DNA of 64,000 nt from Haplodiscus bocki. Its lineage: Eukaryota. The DNA is taken from contig OZ296656.1 in assembly GCA_965655095.1 (NCBI GenBank), positions 36,828,001 to 36,892,000 of the forward strand, given 5' to 3'. The notes below the pieces were generated by a model. That model saw only the letters and a list, made by a program, of their open reading frames with translations, made no database searches and was not told the origin of the DNA. Each line of letters starts with the position of its first letter. Position 1 is the first letter of the stretch. Positions 33,740-45,640 of this stretch are shown in pieces. A program made the position numbers and the translations under genes.

Positions 33740-36723
33740 CTTTGGCGGCTAATGCAATTTAATAACCAAACCCAATTTACAACACAGAAAATAATGATAC
33801 TGGAAGATTGAATAAAACTCAGATATTTAACTATTTAATTAATGTTTTCAGGGAACTGGCTGTCAAAATCTCATTAAAGTCGCCCATATAAACTTAAAAC
33901 GAGCTTATAGGACTTTAACTTAATTCGAGTTGTGACGAATTGAAGTAGAAACGACGTCGTTTTGTTAATGAATAGATTTTTTCTGATGTTAATATACTGA
34001 CCCGAGAGCATCACCGCTCCACATTATATGAGATTTCGCGAACAAGTTTTGTCAGTTCAGAAACCTCAATTTTCCGGATAAATTTTATCTATGAAAAAAT
34101 TCAATTAATTAAGTAGCCAAAGAAATGCATTTTATAATTAAGTACTGAGAATCCCGAGTAAAAAAATAGAGATTTTGAAAGTCAGTTCATCTGATAATTA
34201 ATTATGTTGTTCTTATATAAAAGATGTTCGAACGATTAAATGCAACTGTGACTACAGTGTACTATGTAAGAAATAAATTACTGAGCACGCGTAGTTTCGT
34301 TTATGCTGTAGTTTTTTTGACACAGGAGAATTACAATATCAAAAGCTTCTACGTTCAACTTGTTTTCAAAATTTCGAAGGTTCGTAATTTTGAACCTTTT
34401 GAAACAGGATTTATCCAAAATTTTCTGCTAGCTTTTGTTTTTTGCTAGCTTAAAATTGGCGCGTATATACAAGGTAGAAAGTCAACCCAGGTTGACCACC
34501 CCAGAGATAACTTGCTACTGTCCAGCTCTAGGCCCAGCTCTGTCAGAGTCACTGAAAGATTTTGCTGAGAATTCTCTGATCCAGAGATGGACCTTAGTAA
34601 GAATTTAGTAATTTATCTCTGGACCCAGGCATGACAATTTCAGTTTTTTGTTAAATTTTCTCCTGAGTTCAACTGTTTAACAATTTCAGACGAAGTTGTT
34701 GTTTTTGTTTTCTGATTAAAATGAAAAGAAGAACCTGGACTCAGAAAATTGAAGCTACATGATCTAATCCAAAACCATGAGGTAAATTAAGAGAATACAA
34801 AAATCGTTGACTCTTGTTAATATTGCCAGACAAATCAAATCAGAAAATTTCAATATTAAATGAAAATTTCATACTTTTGAACACTTTAAAATGTTTCTAT
34901 GGCAAAATTTACTGAGGGAAACCCTTTTCGAAATTCGAGACCTCTACTCTGCAGGTTGATGATTTCATGATTTGTAAAACTCATCAGAAGCTAACATGAG
35001 AGTTTTATCTGTAACTGTACGTTTAATAAGCCTTAGATAGCTTACTAAGGCCCAGAGCTGGGCCTAAAGATAACTTATCACGACCCAAAGATGGAACTTG
35101 ACAAGGCAACTCTGTTACCCTGGGTCCATGTCTCTCACAAAGAATGCTAAATGTCATCTCTGGAAGGGCAACCCGGAAAAAATTATAGTTGCTGAACATT
35201 TCAGAAAAGCAGTTGAATCATTCGCTTTCCGTGGTAATTTTCACCTGAGTCACTTCCGGTAATCTGAAAATCAGGGAGTTTAAGTGAGTTCTCAGTTATT
35301 TTGGAGTAGCAATTTGGGTTACTTGAGAAGTACAAAGTGAAAAGGTGACATACCTGAGTTACCTCGGGCGATGAACTCAAAAAAATATATAACGTAGTTT
35401 TTGAGCAAAAATGTCAATTTTATGGAGTCCTCTGGCTCTACAGCAGCTGCAAAGGGATTATTTTAGGATAGTTTTTGCGCGGAACTATATTTTAATTCCC
35501 CATTCAAAACAAAGGAAATTTAACTGACCAAATCCTTATCGGAAAGTGACTTCAATAGAATTGTTGTCACAAAAAGTTCGTTTGAGACAGGGCTCCGGGA
35601 GAATATTCACCTTCAATTCACCTTTTTAGCATGTAAAAGAGAAAGTTTCAGACTGTGCCTTCGCAATGGGCTAAGTCGGAGAAGAGAAATCTGCTGTGGA
35701 TTTCATCAAATCTTGATTAGAAACACTCAGAATTTTTTTCAAAGGCATCATGCCCGAGTTAAGCTCTGATTAAAATTAATCGATGGAGAATCGATTTGAG
35801 ACTGGTTTTCAAAACACTTTGATTGAGCCTAGTTGATTGAAAACCGATATAAACCGTTGTACACGAACCATTTCACCCAAAATCTTACGCTTAGGGGAGC
35901 ACTCGCTAGAGCTTCAATAGAGAAGTAAAAATAAAAACTTCACAGACAGAAATGTAAAATCATTGATTCCCATTGATGGACCATTCAATCTCGATAGACT
36001 CCCTATGACATGTTCTGCAGTGAAAACATGTTCCGCTCTTTTGGAACGATGTGTTGTTCTTTGGCGATAAAAGTGCAAGTTTCGCAATAATATGGAAGCT
36101 TCAATTAATGCAAATTTTTATGATAAGTACTTTTGAAGGTTATGAATGCAGGTAAGCTATAAGTCATCTAATTGTTCACAAGGATGCTTTTCAAAAGGCA
36201 ACAAAATTTTGCTTTTACGAAACTTCAGCGCTCATGGAAGCACTCCGTGGAATTCATTCAGTTAGAAAACAGAACTCCTTTTCAGAGGTAAAGCTTAAAA
36301 CTGCACATACAAAACCTGTACAATCAAAGATTCACAAGAGTTTTTCTTCCGTATAGATTTCATGTGACACGTGACAGCGAAAGAATTGCAGCCTAAAAAA
36401 ATCGCTGTTTTTGCGGTTACAGAATTGGAGAATTTCCGCAGTGAAAAGGACGTCCATTGCTCAAGGTTTCAAAACGTGTTTTTGCGCAACTTTCGCATGC
36501 AGCCAAACTATAAAAACTAAAAATGTTTCCTGTCAAAATATTGATGCTGTTAAAAAGTCAACAAAATTGCGTATATACATTTCCTACGCCGAATGTGCAA
36601 AGTATATGCAATTTTAGTCATCAGTTTCTGACGAGAAACCTTTTCTTTTTGAACTTATAATCTCTGAACGAAAATCGCACCTCATTCCTTAAACATAAAG
36701 TTCATGCTACTCTTATTGCACTA

Positions 36724-36810
36724 TGATTGGCAGACACCAATCACGGAAATGAAACTTCTTTAGTAGCATCAATTTTCGGAACCAATATGACAAACACGGT
36801 TGACGTCAAT
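36724..36810. promoter_or_regulatory. Promoter-like cluster: inverted CCAAT pair, ETS cores, CRE
   Basis: TGATTGG-cagaca-CCAATCA, CGGAA twice, CCAAT at 36782 and TGACGTCA at 36801. About 3 kb upstream of the BTB exon. Confidence 0.4.
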
Positions 36811-38210
36811 TCAACTAATTCAACTGGCTAGCATCAAGAAAAGTATACTGCGTTGGAGTACGATTCTCTCAAAGCGATATTAAGAGATCAGAGTGTGTCA
36901 CTGAACTTGAATTTCATACCGTATTGGATTGCTTTTCGCTGCTCTCGTTCCACGCGTGATGCTGATATGACGACAATTACAACGCGATATAAAGATAACT
37001 AATCTTGAATCATTGCTTTATTAGTAAGAGGTTGATGCTGGTTTCACATGATGAGGTCGATATATCGTGAATTGGAAGACTTTCGCCAAATTCACTAACA
37101 GTACATTACAAAAGTCATTTTAGCACAAATTTCGTTATAAAAAAGCTAATTCGCGTCCACAACAAATGCGAGGAGGTAATATGACATAATGGTTTTCATA
37201 TTGATGTGCAATTATAAAACTGCACAAAATTCTTATGTATTAGGGTAAAGAAAAATAGTTTATTGCTTCATAATAAGCTACAACGGCTAATTGCATATTT
37301 GTATTAATGTAAAATTTATATTTCCATCTTGCTAGCATGACACATTTGTCCTACTATGAGGCCCGTACTCTATCAAGTCTAACTTACGAGGTAAAAATTT
37401 AATGCAACAAACTATATGACCCAACATAGAAGCCAATAAGTTTTATAAATTTTTCTCTCATGATATGATAGGAAGTACATAATATGATTTACGCAAAAGC
37501 AAACAACAGTTGATTGAACCGAAAAATTTTCAACTAAAAATATCAAAAGGACAAGACCACATACGCACATAATCTAGACGAATGGATAGAAAAAATGATT
37601 TACACAACAATTTTTACAGACGGCAACAATTGTACAAGCAAATCCAGGACGGAAATGTGAAAGAATTTAACTTTGATATCTTACGCGAACCGATTTGGAC
37701 AAAAGTTGAGGTAAATAAAACACGGAATTTGGAAAAGAATGAACACTACAAAAATGTATGAATCCCGATTTACTCAATTATACCGGCGAATGGATATGAA
37801 CAGAACACTTGAGTGGAACGCGAATTTCACATCTCAGCAAAGCATGTAACGAATCAGTCACATAAAGAAGATAAAGAAAAATTAGAAAAGTGTGAAAGAC
37901 TTCTTCAGACAACGTAATGAAAGTAAATTTGCTTGTTGCACAAATACAGAAGATAAAACTATGAAACACAACTGACAAAAACCGACCATGAAAAATATAT
38001 GGGCAAAATTTTGGAACAAAGTAAAATGAAGTCCAACTTTCAAATTTTGAGTCGGTGCTTTTCATGTATGAATTTGATAAACAAGTGCTGTAAAACACAA
38101 TTACTTTCATTGGTAAAAGAGCAATAGTTTCACAAATGCAGTCACTCTCCCAAAACACTCACTGGTACATAAAACAACAATCAGTATCTGGTTTACAAAA
38201 AGTGCAATTT

Positions 38211-38816
38211 TGTGGTATTAGAAGGTAGTGAAATTGAAAGCCAATCAACTGGTGCTTCGGTGGTCGCGTGACTAGTTGTAATTATACTCAATTAGAAGCT
38301 AAAGGGAGGACATGCAACTCAGTGGCTAGTAATTGTTCTTGTTGCTAACTGAACGCTGCACTGTTACATCAAATGATACTTAATAGAATTCGACCTTGTT
38401 AAATTTTACTCCCTATCTGTTACCGAATTTCCTAACTCAATCAAAGCGACAATCACTAACTATATTAAATCTTAAAATGTTACATCATCGTCACAATACT
38501 AGAGTTCGCAGAAACAAAAGTAAACATGACCAAGAGAACAGAACGCCTATCAGACAGTTTGGTGAAATTGGTGATGCTCACCACTCGGGAGAATCTGCTA
38601 GCGATGGGAAAGAAAACCTCCGATCGCTACTTTTAAATCGAAATATGACTTCCAATGAGAGAGACAGAAAGCTAAGTGCAATTTTCGCTCCCCCGTCTAC
38701 GCAGTTAGAAGCATTAACCCAGTCAATGAGAGAACTCACCGGGAAAAATTCCATCCACCCGACTGACGGGAACGAGTTTTCCGAACGACCGAGACCGTCA
38801 GCTCAACGTTCCGACA
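38211..38816 (+). mobile_element. Solo-LTR-like element with a gag-like N-terminal ORF
   Basis: GGTCGCGTGACT near the 5' end. ORF MLHHRHNTR...LSAIFAP.STQLEALTQSMREL...QRSD reaches a ..CCGACA end. Confidence 0.45.
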
Positions 38817-39689
38817 TCTATCAATCTCTGATAAATGAAAATTCGAATAAAATGGCCGGTTAAATTAAAGTCTCTACCCTGAATCTTAGTTGATAAAGAA
38901 ATATATTTCTAAAAACTTTCTATTTTCCAGATAATTCATGGTTTTGATGCACTGCCATAACAAACGAACAGAAGCTTCAGGTTTTGGAATCAAAAATCAA
39001 GAAAGTGATTTCAAAACTTCTGCTGTTCAATGTTTCGATGATTTATTGTTCAAATTGAACTTTTTCTGCGCAAATTTTATAGCGTTGGACAGATCCATTG
39101 GACATATATTGAGGTTCCAGCGTCTCTTTTTTGTTTAAAATTAATGAGAAACCAAATTTCATGGTTGATGAAACCTAGCTTTAGAAAACTTTACAACGTG
39201 AACGAAAGACTCCAGTGATTTTCTTCTGATTTTCGGTGGTATGATCTTAGATTTTTTGTCAACATCTTGATTGTTCTCGGATTTTTTTGGCCAGATTAGT
39301 TGCCAACATCTTGACAAGAAATCCAACATTATCCGAGATCTTGGCTAGAAAACCAAGCACTGGGAAAATTACTTACAGCTCTGTCTAGTGATCTACTCTT
39401 GTTTCATCTGTTCCGTTGGCTAGTTCTTGGCATAACATCAAAATTAGCAAATCATTTCAAAATATTGAGCGTGTTCTGATCACTCCGAATTTTTGACCTC
39501 TGAAGTTTTGGCAAATGGGTGGTTCTCTAAAATGTTGCTTTGGTGATGGTGTACAGTTACTAGCATTTGGTGCATTGATGGTGAGAGTTAACGATGAAAC
39601 AATTTGAAGCTTGACTTGAGCATGCATTACATACATACCACGTTACTAATGAAAACTTTCTATTACAGGTTCCACCTAAACGGTGTCAG

Positions 39690-39798
39690 GACATTTCACC
39701 CCGAAGACGTTTCACCGCAGGACATTTCACCCCGAAGACATTTCACCCCACGGACATTTCACCCCACGGACATTTCACCCCTCGGACATTTCACCCCA
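39690..39798 (+). repeat. Left TIR array of 16-bp units (GACATTTCACCCCnnn)
   Basis: About 7 units directly visible. Confidence 0.9.
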
Positions 39799-40407
39799 CT
39801 TTTTGAAAAACGAATACAATGAGTCAAGCGGAATAAAAACAAAGAACAGCTGTTGCGTAATTGATGTGTAAATAATAATAGAACAAATTCGATCAAAGGC
39901 CTTGACCTAAAAGCCGCCTTTAACTTTTTGAACGCATATTAGTAAACAACAATAAACAAGAATTAAGCATTACGTCATCAACGCAAAATTCTTCTGATAT
40001 GCCAATCACAGATTGTGATGTTTTAACACGGCGAAAGCTTGTTTATATTACATATAATTAACACATTTCTATTGATGAACGAATTTTCCACAACGTAATG
40101 TAGCATGAGCAGCCATGTGGTAAAGCAGCTGCCAGTGGGCTGATAAACATGAGTTCGTTTCTAGTCTAGCATCCGAATTTTTCTAAAATATTCACGACTT
40201 CCTGAATCCCGATTTTCCCAGATTCCCTATATCCGGGACTTGGAAGATCGGGATGGGGTGAGGCTGAAAAGGAAAAAAACCCTGATATCGTCCTAATTAC
40301 TGTGTCAAATTTTCAATGGGAAAAACCTTGTAGTTTTCGAGAAAATAGAATTTTTTGAGAATTCAGGCACGATACACGCAAAATTTATAATCATTCATTC
40401 ATAATGT

Positions 40408-41541
40408 TCAATTTGACATTGACAAGGAAGCCATCGCTCTGAGGAAGGCAATTGTATTTTCATCCTGGTGACGTTCAATTGCGTTTTTCACCTTGGCCTG
40501 CAATTCTCGGTAATTTTTTCTCCTCAAAAACTCCGTACCTGCTGTTGACTGCAAATAGAGATACTTTTGGGTTGCAGCATCTTTCTTCAAATTTTTCAGC
40601 GTTCTCCACAGATTTGGATGTGAGCCCGAAAAAAACGCTTGGATGCCAAGATGCCAATCTTCAACCGCATTTGTAGTTCTAGCAACGCCTTCTGACGCAG
40701 CTTCTCTTTTGTTCCATATCGATGGGGGAATAAAGGTTCTCTCAAATTTTGTCTCTATGTATGTATTTTGGAAGCATGAACACAATTCATCAATTTTTCT
40801 ACCTCACTTGAGTCGAGGGAGAATTGCTCGCATACTTCTTGACTATCTTCAACGACGAGCTTGAAGGAGGATTTAACATTTTCAAGCTTTTCAAAAGCCA
40901 AGCCGGTATAAGTTTCAGAGCCAGCGACAACTCTGGGTTCGAACGGTACAAGTTTTTCAGCCCCAACTCGCCTATTTTACGGATAAAATTCTGCGATAGA
41001 TGGAAGAAGCATCCCGACAAAGTACCATTGGGCAGTGCCTTTTCGAAAGCTTTCATAGAAGCTAGCTCAAAATCGATAAAAACTTTATCGGGAGCTGCAT
41101 TCAGGAGGAATGGAAATCTTCAGGCACGTGGAAGTTTTGGCTTTCCGTGTCTGGGAAGTGGATCAAATCCTTCATTTTTCTCACTCCTTGAGAAACTTTG
41201 AAGAGACTGGCTTCAGAGGGCAGTGCCAATTGCGTTGCGTATTCATCCGTAACTTCCAGCAATGCTGATGCAACTGAATTTGCGGGGGTTGAAACTTCAT
41301 TTAAATCTTTGATCTTCTTGGAGACTTTTCTCGCTCCGACTTTTCCCAAGCAAATATCGTGGTTGTGGTTCCCTCGAATCGAAATCAGCTGCTCCCCACT
41401 TGTTTCGGCAGCTGAGTGTCTGATATTGGGCACAATTCCAAGCTGTGGTTAACTTATTCTCTCTTTTTTGTAATATTCGTAGCCGTCTACTACCAGAATT
41501 GTTTTCGATTTGCTAGATTGTACAAATTCAATGCTACTCAT
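40408..41541 (-). pseudogene. FLYWCH-MULE transposase
   Basis: LVVDGYEY...WNC....C...HNH (FLYWCH), IDFE.AS..AF, GCFFH (CxxH) and RTTNAVE.WH. The first catalytic Asp (DGTF) region is missing. Confidence 0.88.
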
Positions 41542-41876
41542 TGTCGTGTTGTTTTTGAGTTCAGTTGTTTAGTGAATGAGTTTGAGATACCTTCTCATCT
41601 CGTGGATTCACACCTTGCTTTCACACTTGATTTTCACATTAGATTTTCACAAAAAACACACGCAGCGAAAATGAATTGCGTCGCTTTTTTGAATTGCGTC
41701 TACTTATTTAATTAAATTGCTTCTAAAAACGCGGAATTATTAATGTCTTCATTAAGAACGCTAATTACCTTTAATCGATGGGCATAATTATTTTAATGAT
41801 TGCTACTGGTTTATACAGAATGTTGTTTGGCCACACTAATTATTTAATTCGGAGTGACATGTCCTTGAGGTGATAT

Positions 41877-42052
41877 GTACGTGGGGTGAAACGTACGTGG
41901 GGTGAAACGTACTTGGGGTGAAACGTACTTGGGGTGAAACGTACTTGGGTGAAACGTACTTGGGGTGAAACGTGCGTGGGGTGAAATGTACGTGGGGTGA
42001 AATGTACTGGGGTGAAATGTCCCGGGTTGAAATGTCTTCGGGGTGAAATGTC
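41877..42052 (-). repeat. Right TIR array of 16-bp units (GGGGTGAAA(C/T)GTAC..)
   Basis: About 11 units directly visible. Confidence 0.9.
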
Positions 42053-42871
42053 ATGGAACCCACCCAAACAACATAAAACTTGACAAATAAAGTTGATAAT
42101 TCAAAACTTTATTTTTCAGTGAAATATTCGTTGGTCAATTTTCAATTCATTCCTACATCCACAAAACACCTGTCGCAGGCTGCCGCCTGTGACGGCCTAC
42201 TCTACTCAGCCAATTATAACGGACATAAACAAATGCTTATAGTGCTCAATTGACTTGCAGTCTTATACTTAAATTTGATTGGTCAAAACAAGTATTCTTG
42301 TCAAAATTTTGACCAAGCAACAGCGCTGCTGGAGTGTGGTCAAAATTGGTCACAAGGACCTAATTTTGACCACTTTGCTCAAAGCGAGTGGTCGCTTTTA
42401 AACAAAAGGCGAATTACGGCCAAATGAAGTCAGAAAGGCTAAAGTATGACCATATCCAATTAAAAGACGTTGCTATGTACTTATATAAGCATGTAATTAT
42501 TTAATTATGTGATATTAAATTACCTAGTGCTTATTATTAGTCGATCCCAAGTGAAAATTATTTCTGGTCAAAAGACGGTCATAGTGCCCACGTTTGACCA
42601 CCATATATTAGCTTGAAGTTAAAACCTGTGCATGAAGTTCAATATTAATATTCTTGTCATATCTACTATATTATAACTATAATTAACCACCCATTATATG
42701 AAATATGCATGTAAACATGATTTTCTTGACCTTTACCATTTATCCAGATTTCATAACCATATTTTGATAGTCATGATTTTTCGGCATTTCTTCTTTGAAG
42801 TTTGTTTTGTTTCTATTATTAAAGTGATGTCATGATGATGAAATGTAAAACTCGGGTTAAGCCCTTTGATG

Positions 42872-43805
42872 TGTTGATTAAAAATAGAATGACGATCATG
42901 ACGTCAGCAGATAGAGCCACCCAATTGGTTGACGAATGTCAGGTCAAACGAAGGAAAGGGTGACCTACTACTGACAAAAATCACCAACAGAAGAATAACT
43001 GCTGTCCTGAGAAACAGTTCAATAGAAGAAAAATTGCCATCCTAAAAAACAGTTCTCTGCAAGAATCACTTAAACTGTTACAATTTATTCGTTGATTATT
43101 TAAATCCCCAGCAAGCATCGTTTTGTAAAGTTATCATTGAGTTCTTATGTTACTGTTAATTCTATAATCTCAAGAACAGTTCAGTTATTAAAACAAACAC
43201 GGTTTCCACTCGCAAGAAAAGGCAGTCAAACAAAAGGCTGCTCAGCCAATTAGATGACTCCGATCAAGACTTAGTTATTGGCAACGCTGCTAGTGAGAGG
43301 CAAGAAAATATTGTGGTCAATGAAGGCTCCAATGACCGGAATTTTACCGTTGGTACTTTTAATAACAATTCAGTTGATAATTGAAACGCGATGAATGTGA
43401 AAACTCTAGAAAGGTGTTTTAATGAAAGGGTTGATAGAGAAATTAATAATATTGTTGGTACAGTCGAAGACAGGATACAGAATGCTATTTTGACCGCTAT
43501 AGATAATATTGTTGCTCCGAAAATCGAATTAGCAATCAGGTCAATAAGTGCATCTTCTGGACAAGATGTGACTAGTGTGTCTGTAAACTCAGAACGTAGG
43601 GAACACGCAGGGATCAATGCCTCTTTTGAAAACGCATCTGGAAACAACGATACGCAAGTTATATCAAAAGTGAATGATGAGACTCGACACAGCATTACAG
43701 AAGAGGTAAGTGAATTGTCGGTCCCAGAAACTCATTTTGACCGGCAACCACACACTCATCACGTGGCGAAAGGAAATGGTGACCGACATTCACAAACTCA
43801 TCACA
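42872..43805 (+). mobile_element. Solo-LTR-like element with a gag-like N-terminal ORF (5' boundary uncertain)
   Basis: Frame from ~43200 (.VSTRKKRQSNKRLLSQLDD...DRIQNAILTAIDNIVAPKIE..HFDRQPHTHH) ends at a duplicated ..CTCATCAC(A) terminus. Confidence 0.5.
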
Positions 43806-44218
43806 ACACCTAACATACAGAAGCAATGACAACGGTTGTAACTATAGTGTTCCGTTTTTGAGGTTGTACAATGGTATCACAGAAAAGTGCAACTTCGTAA
43901 TTTTGATTAAGTTTGCAAAATTGTGATTAAATCAAAAAATACTAAGCTATCAGAGTAAACAAAGATACTCCGACAGCTCATTGAAAGGATTCTCAGGTAA
44001 TTATTTCATTTGCCAAATGAAGGGTCCGAAACAAATAGAAAATTTCGTCCGAAGATGTCTCTTCTCAACCATATATAAATCCTATCTTCTCACCGTAACA
44101 CGTATAGATATGGGCCGCAAGCCGTTTGTCTTGCCGGAATTTTTTTCAAGTTTTTGAATTCTGAAAAATCCTATTATTCATTTCTGAACGCTCGCTTTTC
44201 TGAGCAAGAGGCCAATCA

Positions 44219-44484
44219 TATAAATGTTCATTTGCCTTTCTGAGAAAATTGGCCGTTCGCATATATGTATATTCTCATTTCTGAGAAAGGCTACATATAC
44301 TTTTGCCAGAAAACAAAATCCTCTGATAACTAGTACAACAACCATATTCAGAAATATGGTTGTTGTACTAATTATCAGAGGATTTTGGTTTCCTGGCAAA
44401 GTTTATGTAGCCTCTTTCTCAGAAATTAGATCACACATATATGCGAACGGCCAATTTTCTCAGAAACGCATATGGACATGTATA
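44219..44484. repeat. ~260-bp near-perfect palindrome (foldback/MITE-like)
   Basis: Arms centred on ACCATATT-CAGA-AATATGGT. TTTCTGAGAAAATTGGCCGTTCGCATATATGT is mirrored by ACATATATGCGAACGGCCAATTTTCTCAGAAA. Confidence 0.9.
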
Positions 44485-44599
44485 CAAGAAACACACGGCT
44501 ATCCTATCTTTCCAGAAAAGTGTTTGATTTTTTTATTGTCGAAGAAACGGCTCAATACAAATTTTCTCGAAGTTCTTACAAGTTCAAATCTGAAACTAT

Positions 44600-45640
44600 T
44601 GGTTACTCAAAAGTAAGACGACATGCTGACAGAAAGTATCCCAAAAAACTCGAAGGACCTAAACACTTATACCACATCCATCTGTTATCAACTTGCCAAG
44701 AAATTGTGAATTCTTTGAAAAATACAACAGTGAATTAGGCACTTGAGTTAAGGAAAACATACTACTTTAAGCGAGATTAAGTTTGAAATATTAAGTTTTT
44801 CTGCTGATGATCGTCACCTTCACTTGTAGAAAAAGTTTGTTGGTACGTCCAATTTCGAATTCGACTTGAAAAAATGTCTACAAGAAGTTATTGAACAATT
44901 CGAAAGTTTCGGAGTCAAAACTGCTACTACTATTGCGGACAATGTACCCTCCTCTTCAGAAAGAATGTGGACAGATTGCAAACATGCGAAGTGCAACGGA
45001 TATTTGAAACCTCATCGTCGAATCGTTTTCCAAGAAAATGCATAAAATTAAATTGATTTGCTAATCGCCGAAGGAAAAAGGAAACGTTATCAGGAGAATC
45101 GATGGGATGTTCGTTATGATAAACGTCTGAATGCGCAAATAAACACTCACGGGATGGCAGAGTCACTCAAAAGAGCTTAACTTGCTCAAGGCTATAGTCA
45201 AGGAATTGAACTAAATTATTCACAGAAGGATTGTTAAAACTGGCACCTGATTAGGAAATAATTCAATGGAATTCTGGAGGAAGCCGCTGATCCAATTCTG
45301 ATCTAGAAGTGCATGGAAAAGTATAGGGCAAAAATGGACCCTATCGTGAGAACTGACAGCTAACCTGAGTAGGGTGCACATTGATTGGATAATTATCTGC
45401 GCTCCAGCTGTCACAGATTGCATCAAAAAACTAGAAGCAGTCAAACTGATGGGCCAGGCTCAAGGTGATCTTCCTGCTCAAACAAAATTTTTCAACAACT
45501 AACTTTGCAAGGTTTGCCGTCAAAAAGAGCTGCTATTGCGGTGATTGTGGGCTCAGTGAACGTAGAGCAAATCATTCCAAACAACATTTCGGCTGAGCTG
45601 ACAATTTAGTGGAAAAATTGTACTTCCGCAACAAGAAATC
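44600..45640 (+). pseudogene. Highly degenerate hAT transposase
   Basis: VIEQFESFGVKTATTIADNV (TDN motif), NRWDVRYD (TRWxSxY) and SVNVEQI...RLS..LVEKLYF (hAT dimerisation-like) in order. Confidence 0.45.

Larger units (their letters stand above)
39682..42060 (-). mobile_element. Mutator-like (MULE) DNA transposon, internal-deletion derivative
   Basis: Ends GGTGTCAGGACATTTCACCCCGAAGAC / reverse complement GGTTCCATGACATTTCACCCCGAAGAC. 9-bp TSD CACCTAAAC / CACCCAAAC. Transposase remnant inside. Confidence 0.92.

Noticed and set aside
34486-35124. CCCAG-terminated MITE (similar candidate at 39211-39364)
   Set aside because: Short imperfect TIRs are visible but there is no TSD, so boundaries and family are not supportable.
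37400-38200. Decayed AT-rich coding-like stretch (possibly another viral or TE gene)
   Set aside because: Too many stops and no motif I could assign.
39604-42067. Repetitive ORFs (TFHP/HFTP/ISP) and CRISPR-like repeats at 39604-39871 and 41836-42067
   Set aside because: These are translations of the 16-bp TIR units of the MULE. They have no spacers and are not coding.
42171-43805. 1.6-kb LTR defined by an apparent ACACC TSD and TG..CA ends
   Set aside because: The left TGTCGCAGGC belongs to a local hairpin and unrelated MITE-like repeats intervene. Probably coincidental, though not excluded.
44178-44616. Mirror-image ORFs on both strands
   Set aside because: A by-product of the palindrome, with no protein motif.
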